From Pyrodictiaceae archaeon (GTDB lineage: Archaea > Thermoproteota > Thermoprotei_A > Sulfolobales > WAQK01): DNA of 24,000 nucleotides. Location: the NCBI GenBank assembly GCA_015520265.1, contig WAQK01000097.1, positions 30,141 through 54,140 on the forward strand. The letters are read 5' to 3'. The position numbers and the translations under genes are program-made. The notes under the pieces are model-generated. The model did not search any database, was not told where the DNA came from, and was given only the letters and a program-made list of their open reading frames with translations. Below, piece after piece: positions 14,707 through 21,768 of the stretch (position 1 is its first letter; each line of letters begins with the position of its first letter).

Positions 14707-15554
14707 TAGCCGTGGAAGGTTATGGTGAACTCGCAGTAGGGGTCTCCCTTGCATATACACTTGGTCTCATCGACGGAGACGCTCCTGTCGGTGAACGCCT
14801 GGACCAGGCCCGCAATCACCCCCCGCTCGTAGAAGGATGAGGGCTCCTGGATCCCGTGTCTCCTAGCTATTACGCACTCCCAGTTGTAATGGAGCCTGAT
14901 TACTATTCGGTCCTCTCTCAGGGGATCCCCGTAGGAGTACTCGACTATTTCTCCCCTATACCTGCCAGTGGTAAGCGTGTAAATCAATAGAAGTTCCAGG
15001 GCTTTGCGCAGATCGGTTATCCCCAGGCTTATACAGTGGTCCCTGAATGTCTCGCCAACTGTTACTCCCTGGTAGTAGAGGAATGCGTTGCCCGTGGGCC
15101 CGAACCGCTCCCTGATCCTTATCACTATCGCCTTCTGGGCCTCCTCCGAGATCATAATATACCTAGACCCGGCATCATCCACTATGGGGAAATGATGGGT
15201 ATCGGCCAGTATCTGGGAGAATTGAGGCTTCACCAGCTCTACGTAATCGACAGAGTCTAGCTTCTCCAGCTCCTTCTTTACGTCACCAGGCTCTACTGTT
15301 GCCTCTGTAAAGTCCGCCACTATGAAGCCCGTTCCGACCTCTCCTATGCCTACCCGGGCGCCGAAGACGATGTTCCAGAGGTTCACTCCGTATTTTTTAA
15401 AGATCGACGCTAAATCCGCAAGAACCCCGGGCCTGTTGTAGACCCTTACATAGAAGCCTACTAGGCGCCTACCTTTAAGATACAGGAGGTTTCCAACCAA
15501 TATGGGATCCACTGACTCAGAGTGGTTGCTGTAAGAACCGTTCAGCGTCATCAC
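14706..15554 (-). CDS. ACT domain + V4R domain protein (putative small-molecule sensor/regulator)
   Basis: The N-terminal ACT-like segment is FYVRVYNRPGVLADLASIFKKYGVNL. The C-terminal V4R signature has Cys residues (ETKCICKGDPYCEFTI). No HTH is visible. GTG at 15554 is followed immediately by ATG at 15551, which is the likely start. Confidence 0.7.
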   Translation of the reverse strand: MMTLNGSYSNHSESVDPILVGNLLYLKGRRLVGFYVRVYNRPGVLADLASIFKKYGVNLWNIVFGARVGIGEVGTGFIVADFTEATVEPGDVKKELEKLDSVDYVELVKPQFSQILADTHHFPIVDDAGSRYIMISEEAQKAIVIRIRERFGPTGNAFLYYQGVTVGETFRDHCISLGITDLRKALELLLIYTLTTGRYRGEIVEYSYGDPLREDRIVIRLHYNWECVIARRHGIQEPSSFYERGVIAGLVQAFTDRSVSVDETKCICKGDPYCEFTITFHG

Positions 15555-15585
15555 TGAACACTGGGTTAATATCGGAAGCCTCTTC

Positions 15586-15593
15586 TATAAAAA
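15586..15593 (-). promoter_or_regulatory. TATA-box-like element for the ACT-V4R gene
   Basis: The minus strand reads TTTTTATA about 35-40 nt upstream of the ATG at 15551. Confidence 0.35.
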
Positions 15594-15765
15594 TCTTAGT
15601 ATCATCAGATTATTGTTCGATATTTAAACCATTCACAGAGCCATTACGCGTATTCAAAGCAAAATCGAATTATTACCGGTTCGAAGCCAAAAAACAATAG
15701 TCGAGCCTTAAGACTGAAACTCTACCATTACTTCAGATACTCTGTCACCCTCCAAGACATAATAA

Positions 15766-15792
15766 CCTTATCACAGCGTGCAGCCTTATCAC
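15766..15792. repeat. Short direct repeat CCTTATCAC x2 (18-nt period) in an ORF-free spacer
   Basis: CCTTATCAC occurs at 15766..15774 and 15784..15792. A related TGTCACCC lies at 15743..15750. The function is unknown. Confidence 0.4.
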
Positions 15793-15864
15793 CCTAATCT
15801 TAACTCTCTGTAGCAGGCTTCCCCTAAGAGCCTAACTATAGAACAAGTATATACCGGTTAGAGG

Positions 15865-15928
15865 ATATCAGTCCTGGCCACTCTCGTCATTCCGGGGATC
15901 CCGGAAAGGGTGTGTATTCATCATCTAC
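15865..15928 (-). ncRNA. Candidate box C/D sRNA (2'-O-methylation guide)
   Basis: On the minus strand, box C AUGAUGA is at 15924..15918 and C' AUGACGA at 15890..15884. An exactly 12-nt spacer GAGUGGCCAGGA follows, then box D CUGA at 15871..15868. The C-to-D span is 57 nt. The D' position reads UCCG (degenerate) and sits in a 7-bp hairpin (UUCCGGG-AUC-CCCGGAA). The candidate lies about 50 nt downstream of tRNA-Asn on the same strand. Confidence 0.5.
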
Positions 15929-15977
15929 TGGGGGTGTGTGGTTGTGGCCGCCGGGCCCCTTTCCCAGCGCGCATAGT

Positions 15978-16053
15978 TGGCGCCGGGGAGGGGATTTGAA
16001 CCCCCGACCACCGGGTTAACAGCCCGGCGCTCTACCCGCTGAGCTACCCCGGC
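15978..16053 (-). tRNA. tRNA-Asn(GUU), intron-less, CCA encoded
   Basis: The minus strand folds as GCCGGGG-UA-GCUC/AGCGGGUA/GAGC-G-CCGGG-CUGUUAA-CCCGG-UGGUC-GGGGG-UUCAAAU-CCCCU-CCCCGGC-G-CCA. The anticodon GUU is at 16020..16018 and the discriminator is G73. Confidence 0.92.
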
Positions 16054-16282
16054 ACCTCGGCGGCCATTTCTGGGAATATACTGTAGGGTTATTTATTCTT
16101 TAACGCGGCCTGTTGCAGAGTATAGTCCTATTGTTTTTCTCAAAAGTTGTCAATATACTGAAATAATATCGTTTTAAATAATAAATTATCAATAAAAATT
16201 TATATAGTCCCCCACCATTTTCTAAATACGTGAATATATCTAGAGAACCACTAACTACCTAGTATGCAGGGGGTGGTGGGAC

Positions 16283-16663
16283 ATGTTGCTGCGTAGGCGG
16301 ATTGACCGCAAGTTGCGGCGGGTAGCCTCTAACCTAATGTATCCTGGCCGGCCCGGGATGTTCAGAGCCAGGAGGCTGGAGCTGGACATAGACGAGATAC
16401 CGCCGGAAGCTGTTCTCGTAGATCTGCGCAAGTTCGTGGACTACGAGGAGTGGCACTTGCCCGGCGCCGTGTTGATGGATCCCTTCGCCATCTCTCCGGA
16501 GAAGCTGAGGAGAGATAGGATCTATGTGTTCTACTCGTACCGTGGAGAGCTTAGCAGGAGGATCGCGGAGAAGCTGAGGAGGCTCGGCTTCCAGGCATAC
16601 TCTTTGCGGGGAGGCATAGAGGACCTCCTGAAGCGTAGGAGGATGAGGCCTGTAGCCTTCTAG
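16283..16663 (+). CDS. Rhodanese-homology domain protein, catalytic Cys apparently replaced (inactive RHOD)
   Basis: The domain pattern is VLVDLR...EEWHLPGAV...IYVFYSYRGELSRRIAEKLRRLGF...LRGG. The position of the active-site Cys in the CRxGxR loop reads S-Y-R-G-E-L-S. The start is uncertain, with internal Mets available. Confidence 0.65.
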   Translation: MLLRRRIDRKLRRVASNLMYPGRPGMFRARRLELDIDEIPPEAVLVDLRKFVDYEEWHLPGAVLMDPFAISPEKLRRDRIYVFYSYRGELSRRIAEKLRRLGFQAYSLRGGIEDLLKRRRMRPVAF

Positions 16664-17265
16664 AATTCTTCGGGTTTCTCCCAGAGTTCTATCATCCGCT
16701 TACGCTTAACCCTAGCCATAACCCTGTCCAGGTACCGGTAGACGGTGGCGTGCCTCCTGCCTTGGATCAGCATCTCTATCGCCTCCCTAGCGGCGGTGGC
16801 CTGCTCGTAGTCCCCTATTATGGCCACGTAGTCCCCGTACACCGATATGTAGGTGCCTGTCATCTCCTCCAAAGTTTTCCTGGCCTTGCCTCCCTCGCCT
16901 ATGATCCTGCCTTTAACCCTAGAGAGGTGGTTGGGCGAGTCGCCTACATACTGTTTAAGGTCTATCACTACAAGCATCTGGTCCTCGTCCAACACTCTGA
17001 AGGCCTTGTCGGGGCTGAACCCGTGGGCCACGGCCTTGATGAAATCCTGGGCCTTCATCAGGTTAATGGGGGGCACGTCGGGCGCCTCGGGCTCTATGAT
17101 TACCATCCCGGACTTGCTGTCGATGGTTATCTTGGTCCTAGTCCTCCTCATGAGTTCCTCCTTGACCTTGCCTCCCTCGCCTATAAGCACGCCAAGCCTC
17201 TCCGGTGGCACCTTAGCGTAGAGTCTCAGGTGCCCCGTTCCTCCTTGCCGCATTCCGTAACCCAC
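16660..17265 (-). CDS. KH-domain RNA-binding protein (archaeal Dim2/Pno1 homologue)
   Basis: Two KH-like GxxG modules are present (RLGVLIGEGGKVKEEL and RIIGEGGKARKTLEEM). Its position directly downstream of Rio1 and aIF1A matches the conserved archaeal cluster. The listed start overlaps the Rio1 3' end, so a later start is possible. Confidence 0.8.
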   Translation of the reverse strand: MGYGMRQGGTGHLRLYAKVPPERLGVLIGEGGKVKEELMRRTRTKITIDSKSGMVIIEPEAPDVPPINLMKAQDFIKAVAHGFSPDKAFRVLDEDQMLVVIDLKQYVGDSPNHLSRVKGRIIGEGGKARKTLEEMTGTYISVYGDYVAIIGDYEQATAAREAIEMLIQGRRHATVYRYLDRVMARVKRKRMIELWEKPEEF

Positions 17266-17951
17266 CCGTAGAGTTCTTGAACGCTTGGCACACTTATACC
17301 TACCTCCTCGCCGAAGAACCTCACCAGGTTTCTCAGATCCCTTGCCAGGAACTCTTCAGCCAGCATGTGAGCCAGATCCACGGCCTGTGACACATCTATC
17401 ACGACTACCTCGTCGCCGTAAATCATGACGTTATACTCGCTGAGGTCCGCGTGGACCAGCCGAGCGCGGCAATATGCCCTTTTAACGTATTCGACCAGAG
17501 TCCGGAAGACCTTCTCGTGTTCATCCTCGCCCAGCTCGGGCGCCGCCTCCTTGAGAAGGGGCGCCCTTCGACCCTCCTCGCCTATGAACTCCATAACAAT
17601 AATGTTTTTATGCACCGCGATAGGTCTGGGCACCCTGACCCCCGCCCTGTGGAGTCTGATCAGGTTCCTGAACTCCTTCCTGGCCCACGCCTCCATGAGT
17701 CGCCGTGTATCCTTGAAGAGCAGGCCCTCGAACCTCGGGTCCCCCTCGATGTATTTTCTGATCCCCTTCTTGAACTCGGCCGTAGCTGTAAGGTATATCT
17801 TGACGGCCACGTCCTCTCCTTGCCTGGTCTTTCCCCAATAAACCCTGGCCTCTTTGCCTGCGCTCACCACTCCGTAGAGCCTGTGAATGTAGCCCCTCCT
17901 CATTAGGTCGTAGAGGGCCATGACGGTCCTCGTGTCGAATACCTCCTCCAC
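17226..17951 (-). CDS. rio1: RIO-type serine/threonine protein kinase Rio1 (true start probably upstream of 17951)
   Basis: RIO motifs are present: VEEVFDTRTVMALYDLMRRGYI, VVSAGKEARVYWG, VHADLSEYNVM and IDVSQAV. The listed start is a GTG. The frame stays open upstream and encodes RKDKDLYET, which also looks like the RIO N-terminal region (see findings). Confidence 0.85.
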   Translation of the reverse strand: MEEVFDTRTVMALYDLMRRGYIHRLYGVVSAGKEARVYWGKTRQGEDVAVKIYLTATAEFKKGIRKYIEGDPRFEGLLFKDTRRLMEAWARKEFRNLIRLHRAGVRVPRPIAVHKNIIVMEFIGEEGRRAPLLKEAAPELGEDEHEKVFRTLVEYVKRAYCRARLVHADLSEYNVMIYGDEVVVIDVSQAVDLAHMLAEEFLARDLRNLVRFFGEEVGISVPSVQELYGWVTECGKEERGT

Positions 17952-18133
17952 AGTCTCGTAGAGGTCCTTGTCCTTCCGCCTAGGTTCCTCTCGGCGTGGA
18001 TATAGCCTGTCGACTTCCTCGTCTATGCCCTCAGGGGGAGAAGATGAGGCTCTACGCGGCCCGCCTCCGTGGATGGGAAGGTCCCAGCTGGGAGGCTCGT
18101 GGAGGAACCAGTAAGGATCCGGAGGCGGGAGGC

Positions 18134-18466
18134 TCAGACAGCACCACCCTCGAGGAATTCGGGGGATATTATGCCCTTCTCCACCAGCTGGCGGACCTCG
18201 TCAGGGAAATATCTATGGACAACATCGGCCTTCTTGTCATCGAACTCCCAGGGCACTATAAGTATGACATCGCCCTCCCTTATCCACACCCTCCTCTTAA
18301 ACCTCCCGGGAATCCTGCACATTCTTGACTTGCCGTCAGCGCACCTAGCTATCAGGTGTTCGGCGCCCACAAGCCTCTCGACTACGCAGAGTATCTCGCC
18401 TTCGCTGGGGAGCACCAACTCTTTGGGCCGCTCCTGCCTCCTTTTCTTCTTCCTTTTCCTTGCCAC
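18134..18466 (-). CDS. eif1a: Translation initiation factor aIF1A
   Basis: A basic N-terminus (MARKRKKKRRQ) is followed by an S1-like OB core (GEILCVVERLVGAEHLIARCADGKSRMCRIPGRFKRRVWIREGDVILI). Confidence 0.9.
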   Translation of the reverse strand: MARKRKKKRRQERPKELVLPSEGEILCVVERLVGAEHLIARCADGKSRMCRIPGRFKRRVWIREGDVILIVPWEFDDKKADVVHRYFPDEVRQLVEKGIISPEFLEGGAV

Positions 18467-18472
18467 GCCGTG

Positions 18473-19570
18473 TCACCTGCCGGGTTCATACTTGCCTCGT
18501 TCAAGGACATAAAGTTTGTTGCCGCTCCTATGCACCTTGACTAGGACGCCTGGCTCCAGGTCGGAGTGGGGGATGAGCCAGGTCTTGGGTATCTCGATTG
18601 TTTCATAGGTATCCATTTTCATCAAATGTATCGTGGTGCCCGTCACTGCAGTAACCATGTATTCCTCCAGACTGGCATTGTCTATTCGTTCGAACAGGTC
18701 TTCTCTCCAAAGCTCGTCGCCCTTGACGACCATCACTTTGCCCCTAGCGTTCCTGAGGTATACCCTGTTATCTGAAATTCTCTCCACGGTGACCAGGTCG
18801 CCCCTATAGATCAGCTTCTCGCCCTCCACGATGCTCGGCAGCCTGACAGAGTAGGTGATCCTCACTTTCACCTTCCCGTCACGTCGTCTCCCTATAACCT
18901 TGTGTGTTTCCACTACTTTAGCGGCGAACCTGTCCCTCAGCTTGGCAGCTATGATCCTGGCGGCCCCCTGGTCAGTTATTTTGAGATCCACTCCTTCCCG
19001 CAGCTCCTCGACCTCGCCTATACTCTCGGCCAGCCTGCGGGGCAGCGTGGAAATGAAACGCTCCACCTCCATCCACTGCCTGTGGCTAAGCCTGCCACCT
19101 TCGCTTCTGACCTGTATGATCGCCTCGTAGACCTTTCCAGCCCGTCTGGTACACTGTGGACATAGGCCGTAGCTAACCTTGAGAAGTGTACGAATCTCCC
19201 TTTCCACCCTAGAGCCATTCCTGAGCGTGACCGAGAACCGGGCCATAATGCTTCCCCTGTGGCTGCTCTCCATGCTTATATCCAGCTCCTCCAGGGTTAT
19301 GCTGGATACCTCGGATGTAGGCGACACGCTTGACAAGAGCGCAGCCTCCACGGCGGCCTGTATGCTTTCCCCTATACCTCCTGGGCTGGGCAACCACCGG
19401 CCACCTGCCCTGTAGGCTCCACACCCGCTACACAGAGTCACGTTTATGCTGCGGGGCAACTCGGCGAAGCCGTACACCTCCAGGTAGCAGTCGGTGCAGA
19501 GGCCTTTGAGGAGACTGGACTGGGACTCGACTCGCCTGCCACAACGAGCGCAGAATCTAGTGCTCACCAC
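18473..19570 (-). CDS. nmd3: Archaeal NMD3-family protein (60S/50S subunit-associated factor homologue)
   Basis: The N-terminal Cys clusters are FCARCGRRV...LCTDCY...LCSGCGAY...GLCPQC. The protein is about 365 aa with an OB-like C-terminal part, typical of archaeal Nmd3. Confidence 0.8.
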   Translation of the reverse strand: MVSTRFCARCGRRVESQSSLLKGLCTDCYLEVYGFAELPRSINVTLCSGCGAYRAGGRWLPSPGGIGESIQAAVEAALLSSVSPTSEVSSITLEELDISMESSHRGSIMARFSVTLRNGSRVEREIRTLLKVSYGLCPQCTRRAGKVYEAIIQVRSEGGRLSHRQWMEVERFISTLPRRLAESIGEVEELREGVDLKITDQGAARIIAAKLRDRFAAKVVETHKVIGRRRDGKVKVRITYSVRLPSIVEGEKLIYRGDLVTVERISDNRVYLRNARGKVMVVKGDELWREDLFERIDNASLEEYMVTAVTGTTIHLMKMDTYETIEIPKTWLIPHSDLEPGVLVKVHRSGNKLYVLERGKYEPGR

Positions 19571-19869
19571 CTTATAACCACCACCTGTGCGTGCGGAACA
19601 TTGGAGACCCTCATGACGGAGTCTTCATGGACATGCCCCTTCTCTATCGCCAGCCTAACCACCTTCTCCCCTACCAGGTTCATGACCGTGGCTTGCTCCA
19701 TGTATGCGGCGAGCTCGTCTAGTTCGACCAACATGGACCCGTAGAACTCCTTGGAGACATCGAGGACTACGCGGCCCTCCCGGAACTTCTTGCCTAGAAG
19801 CTCCTCGTCGCAGGCTGCGAGGAGCACCTCTCCGCCTGTCCTGTAGATGCTCATGTAGGCTCGGGCCAT
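19564..19869 (-). CDS. DUF424-family protein (function unknown)
   Basis: The 101-aa product reads YRTGGEVLLAACDEELLGKKFREGRVVLDVS..FYG. This matches my recollection of the small archaeal DUF424/COG2412 family. It overlaps the nmd3 start by 7 nt, which suggests translational coupling. Confidence 0.6.
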   Translation of the reverse strand: MARAYMSIYRTGGEVLLAACDEELLGKKFREGRVVLDVSKEFYGSMLVELDELAAYMEQATVMNLVGEKVVRLAIEKGHVHEDSVMRVSNVPHAQVVVIRW

Positions 19870-19888
19870 GGCCTCTCCCGGAACGGTG

Positions 19889-20326
19889 TTAGAAGGGCTT
19901 CACAGGTGTCTCGGCGCCACAGGCCTCGCATACCAGTATCCAGGCCCTGCTCTTAAGCTTCTCGAGCTTGGTGTCCGGCCTTCCGCAGGTGGGGCATATC
20001 ACGTACTGCTTGGTGAACATCTGGATCATCTTGTTGAGGACTGTGGAGGAGACACGTATGTTCACGGCCAGCATGCCGCTGTCCTCGTCGTAAGAGCCAG
20101 CCGTCGCCAGCTCCCTCAGCAGGAACCTCATCACCAGCCGGGGATCCCTGCGGAGGACGTCGACAATGTCCCTGAAGTTCTTAATGATGGTCTGGCTACC
20201 TATGTGGATAACCTGGACTGGAGGCACTTCGAACCTCTCGTACTTCGACACCCTCTTGGGCACCTTGCTGTAAAGCCGCTCCAGCAGCTTGTCGTAGTCG
20301 AACATGGTGCTTTGCTCGCCGCTCAT
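19889..20326 (-). CDS. eif2b: Translation initiation factor aIF2 subunit beta
   Basis: It reads YDKLLERLYSKVP, FEVPPVQV...G.QTIIKNF, and has the C-terminal zinc ribbon CPTCGRPDT...CEACGA. Confidence 0.9.
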   Translation of the reverse strand: MSGEQSTMFDYDKLLERLYSKVPKRVSKYERFEVPPVQVIHIGSQTIIKNFRDIVDVLRRDPRLVMRFLLRELATAGSYDEDSGMLAVNIRVSSTVLNKMIQMFTKQYVICPTCGRPDTKLEKLKSRAWILVCEACGAETPVKPF

Positions 20327-20447
20327 TCAGCGCACCCAGACTGTACAGGTGAGGCACGACTATTTAATATTCCTGCAGGGCTTCCGGGAGGGCTAAAATA
20401 GATTAGACCGTGGATAAAGGTGTGGGGTAGAGGGAGCGGTTGTAGGC

Positions 20448-21737
20448 ATGCAGGGAGGTATGAGGGTATACATAGAGACCTATGGGTGCGCCCTCAGCCG
20501 GGGCGAGAGCCACCTGATGGAGACGGTGCTAAGGAGAAGGGGCGCTAGGATCGTTGGTAGCCTTGAGGAGGCCGACGTGGTGATAATCAACACGTGCATA
20601 GTGAGAGGTGAAACCGAGGACAGGATGAGGAGGAGGATAAAGTCCCTCTATGAGGTGCTGGCTGCTAGGGGCAAGAGATTGGTGGTTGCTGGATGTATGG
20701 CGAAGGCTATGCCGTACACTGTGTCCAGGCTCGCACCGGACTCCTCGCTGGTCGCGCCGCAGTGCGTGCATAGGGTGGACGAGGCCGTTTTCTCCCAGAG
20801 CAGGGTTCTACTCCTGGGCGATGAGCGGAGAAGGGATCTGCTCCCACAGGTGATACGTGGCGTCATAGGCATAGTTCCCATAGCCGATGGGTGCCTGGGG
20901 GACTGTAGCTTCTGTGTCGTCAAGTATGCTAGGAGGAGGCTGGTCAGCTACGCGCCGAGAGCTATAGTTAACACCGTCAGGGGGATGCTGGAGAGGGGTG
21001 CCAAGGAGATAGAGCTTACGGCGCCTGACACGGCGGTATATGGCGTGGACCTGGCTGGCCAGCAATTGTTGCCGGACCTTGTGCTGAGGATCGTTGAGTT
21101 GCCCGGCGACTTTATGGTTAGGGTCGGCATGATGACGCCGGAGTACGCGATGCGGATCCTGGACGAACTTGTGGAAATGTACAGGCACCCAAAGGTCTAC
21201 AAGTTCGCCCACATCCCGGTTCAGAGCGGCGACGATAGGGTCCTCAAGATAATGAATAGAGGGTATACCGTGGAGGAGTATGTGGAATTGGTCCGCGAGC
21301 TTAGGCGCAAAGTACCGGGGATAAGCATTGCCACCGATATAATAGTCGGGCATCCGGGCGAGGATGAGGAGGCCTTCCGGAACACCCTTAAGCTGGTCGA
21401 GGAGCTGCGGTTCGAGAGGGTGCACTTCGCCCAGTACTCGCTGAGACCCCATACGCGATCAGCGTCGATGAAGCAGGTGCCGGAGCACGTGAAGAAGGAG
21501 CGTAGCAAGAGGCTCCTCGAGGTGGTGGAGAGGGTAGGCTTGGAGGTGCACCGGGCATACGTGGGCGGCGTCTACGAAGCCCTTGTTACCGAGGAGGGCC
21601 ACTCTGACACGAGGGTGGCCAGGCTGTCCAACTACATGCCTGTCATCTTGCCAGGCAACGTAGACCTAGGCTCCAGGGTTAGGGTCAGGGTACTAGACGC
21701 CTCCTACTATGATTTAAGAGGTGTTCTGGCCGGGTAA
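20448..21737 (+). CDS. MiaB-like tRNA methylthiotransferase, archaeal/eukaryal MtaB (CDKAL1) type
   Basis: The UPF0004 N-terminal domain is present (VYIETYGCALSRGES...INTCIV...GCMA). The radical SAM motif is CLGDCSFCVV. The C-terminal part is TRAM-like (YVGGVYEALVTEEG...RVRVRVLD). The start is likely the second ATG at 20460 (MRVYIETYGC). Confidence 0.85.
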   Translation: MQGGMRVYIETYGCALSRGESHLMETVLRRRGARIVGSLEEADVVIINTCIVRGETEDRMRRRIKSLYEVLAARGKRLVVAGCMAKAMPYTVSRLAPDSSLVAPQCVHRVDEAVFSQSRVLLLGDERRRDLLPQVIRGVIGIVPIADGCLGDCSFCVVKYARRRLVSYAPRAIVNTVRGMLERGAKEIELTAPDTAVYGVDLAGQQLLPDLVLRIVELPGDFMVRVGMMTPEYAMRILDELVEMYRHPKVYKFAHIPVQSGDDRVLKIMNRGYTVEEYVELVRELRRKVPGISIATDIIVGHPGEDEEAFRNTLKLVEELRFERVHFAQYSLRPHTRSASMKQVPEHVKKERSKRLLEVVERVGLEVHRAYVGGVYEALVTEEGHSDTRVARLSNYMPVILPGNVDLGSRVRVRVLDASYYDLRGVLAG

Positions 21738-21768
21738 GCATGGAAAAATGTTTTCAGAATAGGAGGGT

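Noticed and set aside
15542-15554. GUGAUGACGCUGA (minus strand) as a box C/D pair
   Set aside because: This is the GTG-ATG start region of the ACT-V4R gene. The C-like and D-like boxes are only 2 nt apart, so no guide can fit.
15602-15608. CUGAUGA (minus strand) as box C of a second sRNA
   Set aside because: No D box lies at a compatible distance. The following sequence is the TATA and promoter region of the ACT-V4R gene.
15678-15688. GGTTCGAAGCC T-loop-like motif as a tRNA gene or tRNA fragment (att remnant)
   Set aside because: Only 2 bp of T-stem can form. There is no acceptor or anticodon arm nearby, and no similarity to the 3' half of the adjacent tRNA-Asn.
15555-16282. Replication origin in the AT-rich island
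   Set aside because: There is no adjacent orc1/cdc6 or whiP gene. I could not find dyad ORB-type repeats (TCCA..GGAAA plus a G-string) in inverted pairs around the most AT-rich segment. The idea is kept only as a low-priority check within the island finding.
18134-18200. Programmed frameshift fusing aIF1A to Rio1
   Set aside because: The Rio1 frame does overlap the aIF1A 3' end. However, I see no slippery heptamer or stimulatory structure, and the intervening translation (GGGPRRASSSPP) is low-complexity. The idea is speculative.
20808-21452. 214-aa antisense ORF inside the MtaB-like gene, and similar long shadow ORFs (670..1095-, 2708..3103+, 5224..5679-, 7122..7481-, 12405..12776+, 16750..17271+, 17451..17906+, 18069..18512+, 19868..20401+, 22142..22489+)
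   Set aside because: Each lies entirely opposite or out of frame to a gene with strong family motifs. Their translations are low-complexity (Ser/Pro/Arg/Leu-rich), as expected for stop-poor alternative frames in GC-rich DNA.
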